The notes: a model not told the origin generated them from the sequence alone. 64,000 nucleotides of DNA from Dehalococcoidia bacterium (GCA_014874385.1 JACWAE010000075.1:7693-71692); one strand, 5' to 3'; positions 10,782-19,767 are shown, numbered from the stretch's first letter. Numbers and translations are program-made.

Positions 10782-11378
10782 CTATTTAAATTTTATCTCG
10801 CGGCTGAAAACTTGGACAAAAAGGTCAGATTTTTTGTATGCGCGACGAATTTCTTCATCGGTAGGACTCGAGGCAATAACTTTACACACTACCTCATTTT
10901 TTCGAACAGTAAGTGTGGCATCTCTAACTCTTTGATCCAGTTCGTAGTCCAAGGCGTCAGCTATCCTTAAAATACCTGCCAGCCTCTTGGTCACTTCTGT
11001 TTTTTGAGGGATAGCTGTATGGTTCCATTTATCTCCTGTATGAAAAAGTGCGCAGTATTGTATGATGATGGCTTCCTCTTCATTCAGGGGGCCCCCTTTC
11101 AGTTCCTCTTTTAATGTTAAAAAGCTGCACATATTATGTTCGAACTTACCATACCCAACTGCCTTTGGGTTTCGCCCGATGTCATGTGGTAAAGCTATAG
11201 CCTTAGCAAGAAGCAAGTCTGCCTCTTTCTCATCCACTAGCTTTAGCTTGGTGAACTGCTGTAATATTCTCTGCGTTAGCTGGGCTACCTTATCTGCATG
11301 CTCTTTATTCCAGCCATTGTTCCCGTAATTATACTTTTCAGCAATTCGAGTGACATGTTCAAGTTGTTCCGGAGTCAT
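10782..11378 (-). CDS. Stand-alone HD-domain phosphohydrolase (Ppx/GppA C-terminal-like)
   Basis: H...HDIG...H...RIADALD motif set; GGGGAGGT SD. Confidence 0.8.
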   Translation of the reverse strand: MTPEQLEHVTRIAEKYNYGNNGWNKEHADKVAQLTQRILQQFTKLKLVDEKEADLLLAKAIALPHDIGRNPKAVGYGKFEHNMCSFLTLKEELKGGPLNEEEAIIIQYCALFHTGDKWNHTAIPQKTEVTKRLAGILRIADALDYELDQRVRDATLTVRKNEVVCKVIASSPTDEEIRRAYKKSDLFVQVFSREIKFK

Positions 11379-11396
11379 TGCTACCTCCCCCTTATT

Positions 11397-11852
11397 TTAT
11401 GAGTCGAGTAGTGGTTCTATTTCTTCAAACCATATCCCGGCAAGTTCTCCCCATCTTTCCACATAGTTGAACTGGGTATTAATCTCTAAGAAAAAAGGAG
11501 CCGCATTTTTTGCTTCAATTTTGTTTAATTTCAATAGCGACATGTCTGGTGTGACACCTTCTTGCCAGCAATTCCGTAGTAACTTGATAGCCTTATCAGC
11601 CTTATCGCCAAGTCGTTCCTTCACTGCTGGGACTATCAGGTCTCTTATTATGCTCTCTATGCCGTGTCTCGCCAGCAAATCATTGGTCACATTTGAATAT
11701 GAACCTTTATATCTTTGCCCCTCTGCATTTCTATAACCTTTTTTATCTAACCATTCATAATTCTCCCCTTGATTACCAGGGCCCAGTCCCCAGATAAATC
11801 GACTAGAGTTCCTCAAATACCTTTCCAGCTTTGAGCCTTGTTTAGCGTCCAT
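11397..11852 (-). CDS. Hypothetical protein in low-GC islet
   Basis: 151-aa ORF with GGGGG SD, co-oriented with and adjacent to the HD and phosphatase genes. Confidence 0.65.
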   Translation of the reverse strand: MDAKQGSKLERYLRNSSRFIWGLGPGNQGENYEWLDKKGYRNAEGQRYKGSYSNVTNDLLARHGIESIIRDLIVPAVKERLGDKADKAIKLLRNCWQEGVTPDMSLLKLNKIEAKNAAPFFLEINTQFNYVERWGELAGIWFEEIEPLLDS

Positions 11853-12057
11853 ATTAACCCCCTAATTGAAATCTTACGATTCGCTAGATTGTACGTACTA
11901 CCTGCATATTATATACCATATTTAAACAATATTGTCAAGTCATTTCTAAATGTTATATTCTAATATGATATTTAATGATGTGATGGCTAAGTAGACTGAG
12001 GCTAATTGAAATGATGATTTGTCTAAAGCTGTTGATGTCCAAGTTGATATAGTCAGC

Positions 12058-12300
12058 TTATCCTTCGCTGAGACTAAGGCAGAAATCTATGAATTTAGGC
12101 GGGATTCTAGAGGATTCCAACTCATATCTGGTCACATTACCTCTATCTAGCCCCCACTTTATTAAAAAGGAAATCGTCGCTTCATATATCTTTCCCCACC
12201 AATCTAGCGGTGGCCTATTCCAGTCCTTCTGGTATCTCTGGATATATTGTTCCCTTTTGTAAAGGGGACTAGGGGCATTTAACCTGTCATGAATACGGCA
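12058..12300 (-). pseudogene. Probable 3' gene fragment at the islet border
   Basis: AT-rich open frame (..YKREQYIQRYQKDWNRPPLDWWGKIYE..) whose only starts lie antisense inside the transglutaminase gene. Confidence 0.3.
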
Positions 12301-12397
12301 ATCTTTGCTAAAGGGCCAAGGGTTGATAAGAGCATTTGTAAACGCTCCTATCAAAGGCGCTTTGGCATTTCTTGCAACTCCGGCTAAAATAGACCTC

Positions 12398-13051
12398 ATG
12401 AAGACCTCCAGTTTGGAAGAATATCTGCAGCCCAGTGAGCTCTGCGACTTCGACCGCAGCCCTGAAATCAAGGCGAAAGCCAGAGAGCTGACCGAGAGCT
12501 GCCGCACCGCAAGGCAGAAGTTCCAGCATCTCTTTGGTCTCGTCAAAGAGCTGCCTTATGGCCTCGAGGACTGGGACGTGGCAGCCTCGGAGACGCTGGC
12601 CAAAGGCTGGGGGATGTGCTCAGGCAAGAGCAACCTTTTAGTAGCACTGCTCCGGTCTCTGGGCATCCCCGCGAGATATCGCATATACCGCATAAGGGCT
12701 GAGGTGAACCTCTGGATAGAAGTTACCGAAGAGCGTGCCCTGTCGCAGCGTTTGGGTGCTGCCCCCAGCGAGCAGGACCACGTTGACTGTCAGGTCTGGC
12801 TCGGTAAATGGCATCCCTGCGACCCCGCGCGGGACACGCCTCTGGAGCGCGGGATGGCAGCGCTGGGTTTGCCACTGAAGCGTGAAATTATTCCCGATGC
12901 ATCAGGCCGCATTCATCACACCATCCTTGCTAATTTCGACAATTGGGCAAAACAGAGACAAAACAGGAGGATGGTCCGACAAGATAGAGTGGAGACCTTT
13001 GCCAGAGTCAATGAGCAGTTCTCGCGGATAAGAGCCTTGGGTCAAAGCTGA
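12398..13051 (+). CDS. Transglutaminase-like domain protein
   Basis: GMCSGKSNLLVALLRSLGIPAR, H and W..CD triad; ATG 7 nt after TAAAAT (probably leaderless). Confidence 0.85.
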   Translation: MKTSSLEEYLQPSELCDFDRSPEIKAKARELTESCRTARQKFQHLFGLVKELPYGLEDWDVAASETLAKGWGMCSGKSNLLVALLRSLGIPARYRIYRIRAEVNLWIEVTEERALSQRLGAAPSEQDHVDCQVWLGKWHPCDPARDTPLERGMAALGLPLKREIIPDASGRIHHTILANFDNWAKQRQNRRMVRQDRVETFARVNEQFSRIRALGQS

Positions 13052-13086
13052 GCCAATTTCTGGCAAATGAGAGACTGTTTACCAAT

Positions 13087-13184
13087 GGGGGAGTGCAGAG
13101 GGGGATTCTCCCCCTCTGCCGGGGGTTTGGGGGTGTCCCCCAAATTTCCCATTCCCCCAAGACTGGGGGCTAGGGGGTTGAAAA
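13087..13184. repeat. Palindromic repeat family GCAGAGGGG-CCCCTCTGC / GGGGGTGTCCCCC, copy 1
   Basis: Three stacked hairpins; similar copy at 19768-19866. Confidence 0.8.
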
Positions 13185-13228
13185 ATGATTGCCACAGAGC
13201 ATTTTCAAGGTTAATATAGTAAACTGCA

Positions 13229-13795
13229 ATGCATCAGAATAAAAATCCCCTCCTCGTGATTGTGGGTATGGCCGGTGCGGGAAAGTCCTCGGCAGCGCGC
13301 CATCTCGAAAAAAAAGGCTGGCACGTGATACGCTTCGGGGCATTAACCATGCAGGAACTGGAAAAAAGAGGCCTACCCATCAACGAAGCGAACGAAAAGG
13401 CTGTCCGCGAGGAGTTGAGGGCAACGCATGGTATGGATGCCTATGCCAGGCTGTTGCTTCCCCAGATATTAGAAAGTCTCTCGGTCAGGCCCACAGTCAT
13501 CGATGGACTCTATTCCTGGGCCGAGTATAAGTTTCTGAGAGGCCATTTCCGAGAGCAAATGAAGCTTGTCGCCATATGCACGACGCGCTCTGTACGTTAT
13601 GCCCGGTTATCTCGGAGGCGTGATCGCCCCTTATCCATCGCAGAAGCCGAACAGCGGGACTATGCCGAGATCGAGAACGTGGAAAAAGGCGGGCCCATCG
13701 CCATAGCGGACCACACCATAGTCAACGACGGCACCGAAAAAGAGCTATTCCAGGCCGTGGACAAACTCCTGTCCACCCTGTACACAGCCTCATGA
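13229..13795 (+). CDS. P-loop nucleotide kinase (archaeal-type dephospho-CoA kinase/UPF0200-like)
   Basis: IVGMAGAGKS Walker A, VIDGLYS, EKGGPIAIAD. Confidence 0.75.
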   Translation: MHQNKNPLLVIVGMAGAGKSSAARHLEKKGWHVIRFGALTMQELEKRGLPINEANEKAVREELRATHGMDAYARLLLPQILESLSVRPTVIDGLYSWAEYKFLRGHFREQMKLVAICTTRSVRYARLSRRRDRPLSIAEAEQRDYAEIENVEKGGPIAIADHTIVNDGTEKELFQAVDKLLSTLYTAS

Positions 13796-13829
13796 AACTG
13801 CTAACAATAATTACTTAGGAACTTAGGTG

Positions 13830-13917
13830 CCGTTCGTGGTGAGCCTGTCGAACCATGAACGGCCCTTCGACAAGCCTGTCCTGAGCTAGCCGAAGGGCTC
13901 AGGGCGAACGGTTAAAA
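13830..13917. repeat. Palindromic repeat family CCCTTCGACA-GCTCAGGGCGAACGG, with nested insert
   Basis: Related copies at 28633-28660, 44088-44123, 61454-61487, 62756-62802. Confidence 0.8.
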
Positions 13918-14028
13918 TTGTGCTTCTCCACTTTTTAACGGGGGATGAAGAAGAGTTCGTAGGGGCGAAGCTACCCATCCCCATCATAGTGGGGTCATCT
14001 ACGCTTCATTTTTGCTACAGGCTGCTGT

Positions 14029-14454
14029 CTACTTTATCCCCAGCTTCTTAAGGGTCTTCTTCCACCACGGCTCCCGGCGAGTGGCGAGCAGCATCACCTG
14101 GCTCTCCAGCTCACGTATCCTCTCCTGGGCAGCCCCGAGCTGGCCTGCAAGCTGGAGGTTCGTCTTCTGCAGGTCGTTGATGAGGTCTACAGCCCAATTG
14201 GTGCCGCTGTCAGCCTGAGAAGCATTGTCCGCAGCAGGTTCACCTTCCAGCGTGGCCTTATCTTCGCCAGAGGTATCCAGGGTTTCCACCTTTATGCTCG
14301 GCAGGTCGAGGATGCGGTACTCCTCGCCGAACTTACCCTGGACAAGCACGTGGGGAATTTTGCCGTCCTTGATATGACGGCGTATGGTTTTGGGGGATAC
14401 TCCGAGGGTCTTAGCAGCCTGCGCAATGGTAACACCCTGCTCAGGTATATCCAT
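14029..14454 (-). CDS. MerR/excisionase-type HTH DNA-binding protein with coiled-coil C-terminus
   Basis: TIAQAAKTLGVSPKTIRRHIKDGKI HTH; coiled coil and PWWKK tail; start placed at ATG 14454. Confidence 0.8.
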   Translation of the reverse strand: MDIPEQGVTIAQAAKTLGVSPKTIRRHIKDGKIPHVLVQGKFGEEYRILDLPSIKVETLDTSGEDKATLEGEPAADNASQADSGTNWAVDLINDLQKTNLQLAGQLGAAQERIRELESQVMLLATRREPWWKKTLKKLGIK

Positions 14455-14601
14455 GCGCCATAGGCTATACCCAACATGGGCTTTCGTCAAGGGGTTTGTA
14501 GAACAAATTTCACAAAAATTCGCCTTTTTGCCACATTTGGCTAAAACTGGTACCAGAAACCAGCTTGACAAAAGCATGAGGTCGAAATATAAATGGATAG
14601 T

Positions 14602-15432
14602 ATGATCCAGATTAGTCAGTTCGGAGAAATCACGCAGTTCAAGATGGGACGCGAATCCCAGGGGCAGGCGCCCTGGGGACCTCCGGGGCAAGTGCTCTAC
14701 TGGACCGCAGCATATCTTATAGACGGGCTACTCATAGACACAGGCTGCCCCCATACCGCAGAGGAGTTTGTGCGTTCCCTGGAAGGCTGCTCTATCAAGA
14801 TTGTTGTGAATACCCACTATCATGAAGACCACATTGGCGCTAATTACCTTCTGCAGCAGAAATTCGGCCTCAAGATACTGGCTTCCCCTGAATCTATCCC
14901 TCTCATCAACGGGGTCTACAAACTGTACCCGTATCAGGAGTTGGTCTGGGGCTATCCTGTGCCCACTAAAGTCGAACTCCTGCCTGATAAAATTGAGACT
15001 GAGCATTTCCACTTCGATGTAGTTCCCACGCCCGGTCACTGCAAGGGTCATGTCGCATTGGTGGAGCCTGCCCGGGGCTGGTGTTTTTCCGGAGACCTTT
15101 ACCTTTCTCGAGAGCCCAAGGCAATCCGCCCGGAGGAGGATATAGCTGAGATCGCAAGGTCTATGCAGAAACTGGTAAATCTCAAGACCGACCAGCTTGT
15201 TCTATTCACCTCTCTGGGCAATGTGGTTCAGGATGGGCGCGAAGCTCTGCAATCATGCATAGCGTACTTGAAAGACTTGTCCCTGAGAGCAAAACAGCTC
15301 GAGAAACAAGGGCTTTCAGCAGGCGCCATTAGGGACAAGCTTTTCGGTAGGGAAACGGTTCTCGCCGGGCTTACCGAAGGACAGCTCTCTGCGGAGAACA
15401 TGATTCGAGCTGCCCTGCGTGCCCAGATATGA
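14602..15432 (+). CDS. MBL-fold metallo-hydrolase
   Basis: LIDTG, THYHEDHIG, TPGH, FSGD; TTGACA-17-TATAAA promoter just upstream. Confidence 0.9.
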   Translation: MIQISQFGEITQFKMGRESQGQAPWGPPGQVLYWTAAYLIDGLLIDTGCPHTAEEFVRSLEGCSIKIVVNTHYHEDHIGANYLLQQKFGLKILASPESIPLINGVYKLYPYQELVWGYPVPTKVELLPDKIETEHFHFDVVPTPGHCKGHVALVEPARGWCFSGDLYLSREPKAIRPEEDIAEIARSMQKLVNLKTDQLVLFTSLGNVVQDGREALQSCIAYLKDLSLRAKQLEKQGLSAGAIRDKLFGRETVLAGLTEGQLSAENMIRAALRAQI

Positions 15433-15465
15433 GGTTCACACCTGCCCTGGGATGTGCAGGTTTTT

Positions 15466-16353
15466 TCAAATGAGACTGTGCTGTCTCAGATAATCCAACC
15501 CTAACTCCCTGCCTTTGGCAATCATATCGGCTGTATGCCCGAAATCCCAGATTCTGACATTCTCAAAAGCTTCAATGTAGATATGATGGATAGCGTCCTT
15601 GGGCAGTTTGCTTGACCAACTATACTCGTCAACCAACTGATGGCTAATTACGGCATCTATCGTCTGTCCGACAACACGCAGCATACCTCTGGGGGCTCGC
15701 TTGGCGAACTGGAGAGGTCCTATATCAATGGCATAGAGTTCCGTAGCGCCCGCATCTACAGCCACTCTCATCGGCAAGTCGCTGACCACGCCGCCATCCA
15801 CATATTGACGGCCTTCGTATTTCCAGGGGACAAGAAGAATGGGCAGTGCGGCGCTCGCCATGATGGCATCGAGAATTGACTCGGAACGGTCTATGCCGAA
15901 GACATACAGTTCGCCACTACTGAGGTCAACTGCCGTTATGTAGAGTTCAACGGCTTTTATATCGGAGAACTGGCGTATGTCCTGAGGGAAAAATGACTCC
16001 AGCAGCCCTTCTAATTTTTTGCTATCGTAGAGACTGCTCTTACCGGTAATCAGCCGCCACATAGCCGATATGTAGTCTCTACGCACAACGACTCTCTCTG
16101 AAGCCTCGCGCCATATCTTCTCCAGATGGCGCGCTCCTTCCAGAGTGGGATTGACGGCAAGAAACGCAGCGTTTATAGCTCCTACAGAGGTTCCGACCAG
16201 AATTTGAGGTCGAATATCGTGCTCCATGAGGGCCAACAGGACTCCAACCTCCAGGGCACCACGGTTCGCCCCGCCGCTGAGCACAAAGGCAACTTTTTTA
16301 ACCGGTTTGTCCTTCTCAGGAGTGCTATGCTCCCGCCCGCTTTCAGCTTCCAT
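15466..16353 (-). CDS. Patatin-like phospholipase
   Basis: SGGANRG, GTSVG nucleophile, DGG motif. Confidence 0.9.
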   Translation of the reverse strand: MEAESGREHSTPEKDKPVKKVAFVLSGGANRGALEVGVLLALMEHDIRPQILVGTSVGAINAAFLAVNPTLEGARHLEKIWREASERVVVRRDYISAMWRLITGKSSLYDSKKLEGLLESFFPQDIRQFSDIKAVELYITAVDLSSGELYVFGIDRSESILDAIMASAALPILLVPWKYEGRQYVDGGVVSDLPMRVAVDAGATELYAIDIGPLQFAKRAPRGMLRVVGQTIDAVISHQLVDEYSWSSKLPKDAIHHIYIEAFENVRIWDFGHTADMIAKGRELGLDYLRQHSLI

Positions 16354-16453
16354 CCCAAGAATCCGCCACCGCCAAGCAGGATAACAGACGACTGCAAACG
16401 TGTCAACGCGAGTGTAGGGATGGTTCGCGAACCCCCTATCGCGGGATTATCGA

Positions 16454-16732
16454 CTAATATGTCCCCGGCGCGGGCTTTTCACCTGGATGCAACCTGCGCC
16501 ATTTTGCCAGCAGTTGCTTCTTCGTCTCACGATGTGCCGGGTCGGGCACGCAGGCATCTGCGGGGCATATCTCAGCACAATGAGGCCTCTCGTAGACTCC
16601 CACGCACTCGGTGCACCGGTTTGGATCAATAGAGTGCGCAGTGCCGATAGCTTTGTTGGGGCATTCTGGACGGCAGTCTCCACACAGCCAGGGGACTGTA
16701 GCGCACTTTTCAGTGATGATTTTGTAGGCTAT
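16454..16732 (-). CDS. YfhL/Alvin-type 2[4Fe-4S] ferredoxin, apparent ATA start (missing from ORF track)
   Basis: Manual translation: (M)AYKIITEKCATVPWLCGDCRPECPNKAIGTAHSIDPNRCTECVGVYERPHCAEICPADACVPDPAHRETKKQLLAKWRRLHPGEKPAPGTY; GAGAGGA upstream. Confidence 0.88.
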   Translation of the reverse strand: MAYKIITEKCATVPWLCGDCRPECPNKAIGTAHSIDPNRCTECVGVYERPHCAEICPADACVPDPAHRETKKQLLAKWRRLHPGEKPAPGTY

Positions 16733-16765
16733 CGCCTTAGCTTCCTCTCGAGTCTCATCTTTACG

Positions 16766-16794
16766 ATTGTCACATTTCCAGTTTGGAATGTCAA
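16766..16794 (-). promoter_or_regulatory. Sigma70-type promoter of the ferredoxin gene with an internal inverted repeat
   Basis: Minus strand TTGACA-17 nt-GACAAT with extended TG; overlapping imperfect palindrome ACATTCCA-aac-TGGAAATGT. Confidence 0.6.
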
Positions 16795-16895
16795 TCAGGA
16801 AGCTGGGGGCTGAATTTCACCATGTTTAGTCAGGGGTCAGGACATGATGCACATTGTAGATGAGGAGGCAATTCGTTTGTCTCAATAAAACAAAC

Positions 16896-16936
16896 AGACC
16901 GTGGCATCGCCTTTCGAAGCCGTCACGGTCTTTTTT
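16896..16936. terminator. Probable bidirectional intrinsic terminator
   Basis: AGACCGTGGC...GTCACGGTCT stem with T6 on plus and a T-rich tail on minus; lies downstream of the 16973-17164 ORF. Confidence 0.7.
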
Positions 16937-16972
16937 CTGTTTGTGAGGAGTACAAATACAAACTAAAAGAAA

Positions 16973-17164
16973 TTAAGCAATAAGGTAGGGTCGCAGCATC
17001 GCTAGTTCTGCCGCCATCTCCCTTTCATCGTCCACTATGACCTTAAGTCTTCGCCCGGAGGGCAGCATATAGATGTACTTCTTCACCGCGCCTATCACCG
17101 GGATTTCGCTAGGACGGTCGTTTTCAGCTAGCTCCTTCTCAGCACCTGCAGTTGTAGTTTCCAT
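16973..17164 (-). CDS. Small hypothetical protein (63 aa)
   Basis: GAGGAGGT SD before ATG; followed by a terminator. Confidence 0.65.
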   Translation of the reverse strand: METTTAGAEKELAENDRPSEIPVIGAVKKYIYMLPSGRRLKVIVDDEREMAAELAMLRPYLIA

Positions 17165-18035
17165 GGAACTGTACCTCCTCAGCTACCATTGTGTCCGATA
17201 GGAAAGGAGCTAACAATCCCTCTCAGGTACTTTTTTTGCTATACTTTAGTCAGACCAGCCCAAATACTGTTGGAGCATCAAAGTTGAGGTCAAAAACGGG
17301 GAAAATAAGAGGGTTACCGTGAGACACGAGACAGAAGAGAACGACCCTTTTTCGATCTCCTGACGCCTATGCCAGAGACATTGTCTGCCAGATACCATTC
17401 GAGGTCCTTGATTTTAGCTCTGGCCTCCGATGTAACCTGTTTACGGGGTATGGCCTCTCTTCCCTGTTACCATATGCGCGAGGGCTATCCATCCTCTAAC
17501 CAGCCTGAGCAGCCTGTTCACATCCCCTCCTTCAGGCAAGCTTCACTCCTAGAGACTTCAGTCCAAATGTAATCTCCGTGGCTGGAATTTTGACCTGAAA
17601 GGCAGAGGCTGACAATCTTACGAGAGTACCTTTGTTCACCGTACTTTGGTTTTCCAGACAGAACCAAACTGAGGTTGACGCGGATATAATGACCACAAAA
17701 GGGTTTGGTTGGGGTGAATTAAGTATGAAGACCGACAGGCTGAGCCTAAGTAGTCTTTGACATTTCTGTTGTGGCGTCTCTCTCTCCATCGAGATGAGAC
17801 TTTTGTTACAGACATTTCAAACATTGATTGAATAGAATATTACGATGACTGGGCCAGGCTCCCAGCCAGCCTCGCTCGCTCTGGATGGGTTCTCTCCTTC
17901 CTACCCTGGAGCGGGCGAGGGGCTTTACTAGACAAGATTTATCAGCTTTTATACACCAAACCACTCTACCTTTTGGGCAAGCCCTGACCTCGGATTCAAC
18001 GTTAAGCCGAAGCTGCCCGCCATCTAGACAATAAC

Positions 18036-18061
18036 GTAGGGGCGACCCGGTGGGCCATCCT
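18036..18061. repeat. GTAG-type REP palindrome (degenerate)
   Basis: GTAGGGGCGACCCGGTGGG..., similar to 58608-58633. Confidence 0.6.
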
Positions 18062-18102
18062 CTTCGTTGCCTTAGCGTACTCAGTATGATATAGTTTGAA
18101 AT

Positions 18103-19320
18103 ATGAGTGCTGAAGTTATACACGGCGGTACAATCACCTCGCCGCAGGGTTTTATCGCCGGTGCCACCTACGCGGGCATCAAGAGCAAGGGCGACAATCT
18201 CTTAGACCTGGGTATTCTCTGCTCGGAGGTGCCCTGCATCGCTGCTGGCGTCTTCACCACGAACAAGATCAGAGCAGCCCCGGTCCTGCTGTGCCAGCGT
18301 AATCTCAAGGGCAGCCAGGCTCAAGCTATCGTAGTCAACAGCGGCTGCGCCAATGCCTGCACCGGCCAGCAGGGCATGGCCGGCGCTGAGCAGATGACGG
18401 CCTTGACCGCCCGAAACCTGGGGCTGCTGCCCGAAGAGGTGCTGGTCGCCAGCACCGGCGTTATCGGCAAGCAGCTCCCGATGCAGAAAATTCGAGATGG
18501 CATCGAAAGCATAGTGCTATCTCCAGAAGGCGGACATACTCTGGCGAAGGCCATCATCACCACCGATACCCTCCCCAAAGAGATCGCAGTGAAAGTTAAT
18601 CTGGGGCAGAATGAGGGCGAGATTATCATCGGCGGCATCGCCAAGGGAGCCGGCATGATCCACCCCGACATGGCTACCTTGCTCTGCTTCCTGACCACAG
18701 ATGCCGCTGTCTCACCTGCTTTCCTCAAGAAAGCGCTTCAGAGGGCTGTCGATGCCTCTTTCAATATGATTACCGTAGACGGGGACACCAGCCCCAATGA
18801 CTCCGCAATCATACTGGCCAACGGACTCGCCGCAAACAAGGTACTCAAGGAAGGGAGCTCCAGAGCGAAGGAGTTCGAAGAGGCTCTGACTGAGGTCTGC
18901 CTTTTCCTCGCCAAGTCTATCGCCAGAGACGGAGAAGGCGCTACCAAGCTCATTCAAATCACCGTTGAAGGCGCGCTCACCATCGCCCAGGCGCGCAGCG
19001 GCGCTCGCATAGTTGCGGGCTCACCCCTGGTGAAATCGGCAGTGCACGGCTCCGACCCCAACTGGGGGCGCATCATCGCTGCGCTGGGGAGGAGCGGAGT
19101 GGATATGGAGGAGACCAAGGTAGACCTCTACCTGGATAGCCTCTGCCTGATGAAAGAAGGCCGCCCGCTGCCCTTCGACCAGGCCCGGGCCAGGTCCATC
19201 CTGGACAGGGCAGGGGTGCCGATTAGGATATGCCTCAACCTTGGCGATGCCTCAGCCACCGCCTGGGGCTGCGACCTCTCCGAGGAGTACGTCACCATCA
19301 ACAGCGAATATACGACCTAG
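18103..19320 (+). CDS. argJ: Bifunctional ornithine acetyltransferase/N-acetylglutamate synthase
   Basis: NSGCANA, STGVIG, TTDT, KGAGMIHPDMAT, DGEGATK, INSEYTT. Confidence 0.97.
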   Translation: MSAEVIHGGTITSPQGFIAGATYAGIKSKGDNLLDLGILCSEVPCIAAGVFTTNKIRAAPVLLCQRNLKGSQAQAIVVNSGCANACTGQQGMAGAEQMTALTARNLGLLPEEVLVASTGVIGKQLPMQKIRDGIESIVLSPEGGHTLAKAIITTDTLPKEIAVKVNLGQNEGEIIIGGIAKGAGMIHPDMATLLCFLTTDAAVSPAFLKKALQRAVDASFNMITVDGDTSPNDSAIILANGLAANKVLKEGSSRAKEFEEALTEVCLFLAKSIARDGEGATKLIQITVEGALTIAQARSGARIVAGSPLVKSAVHGSDPNWGRIIAALGRSGVDMEETKVDLYLDSLCLMKEGRPLPFDQARARSILDRAGVPIRICLNLGDASATAWGCDLSEEYVTINSEYTT

Positions 19321-19348
19321 GTTTTTCGCACATGACGTCAGAATTTGG

Positions 19349-19376
19349 GTAGGTTGGAGCACCCGCTCCAATCTAT
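19349..19376. repeat. GTAG-type REP palindrome (GTAGGTTGGAGC-GCTCCAA subfamily)
   Basis: Related copies at 58366-58389 and 59473-59496. Confidence 0.75.
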
Positions 19377-19464
19377 CAAAAGAAACCTGCCATACACACC
19401 TTGCCCGCTCCCTAACTAGGTGCTAGAATTGGGTCAGACGCGGTAAGCCGGTCAAGGAGGACAC

Positions 19465-19746
19465 ATGCCAATACCGAGAGAACAGTTCGACGAAGGTCTG
19501 GACGGTACCAGTTATAAAGTAATCGACTTCCTCAAGTCACATTCTACAGAGGCTTTCGAGGTCGATGAGGTAGTGGGGGGAGTATTCGCTCCGGCACCAG
19601 GCTCGAAGCAGGCCGCCCCTACTTCACCTGAAATGATGGCTAAATCGAAAAGGATGGAGTTCTTCCTGGCAGACCTGGTGCAGAAAGGGATGGTAGATAA
19701 GAGGACGATCGGTGATAAGACCTACTACTGCATTCACAAAGACTAG
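19465..19746 (+). CDS. Small hypothetical protein, possibly winged-helix
   Basis: AGGAGG SD; LADLVQKGMVDKRTIGDKTYY resembles a wHTH wing. Confidence 0.65.
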   Translation: MPIPREQFDEGLDGTSYKVIDFLKSHSTEAFEVDEVVGGVFAPAPGSKQAAPTSPEMMAKSKRMEFFLADLVQKGMVDKRTIGDKTYYCIHKD

Positions 19747-19767
19747 CACAACAGGATATCAACAACA

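Noticed and set aside
16447-16683. 78-aa ORF from the track (METAVQNAP...)
   Set aside because: Shadow frame; the ferredoxin in the neighbouring frame has a full family motif set.
16862-16889. Plus-strand GAGGAGG followed by a TTG-TCT-CAA-TAA mini-ORF before a terminator
   Set aside because: No plus-strand gene follows, so no attenuator role is evident; the terminator is explained by the convergent small ORF.
17868-17924. SRP (4.5S) RNA on the minus strand (CAGG..GGAAGGA)
   Set aside because: The bases flanking GGAA do not pair and the AGCAG motif is absent.
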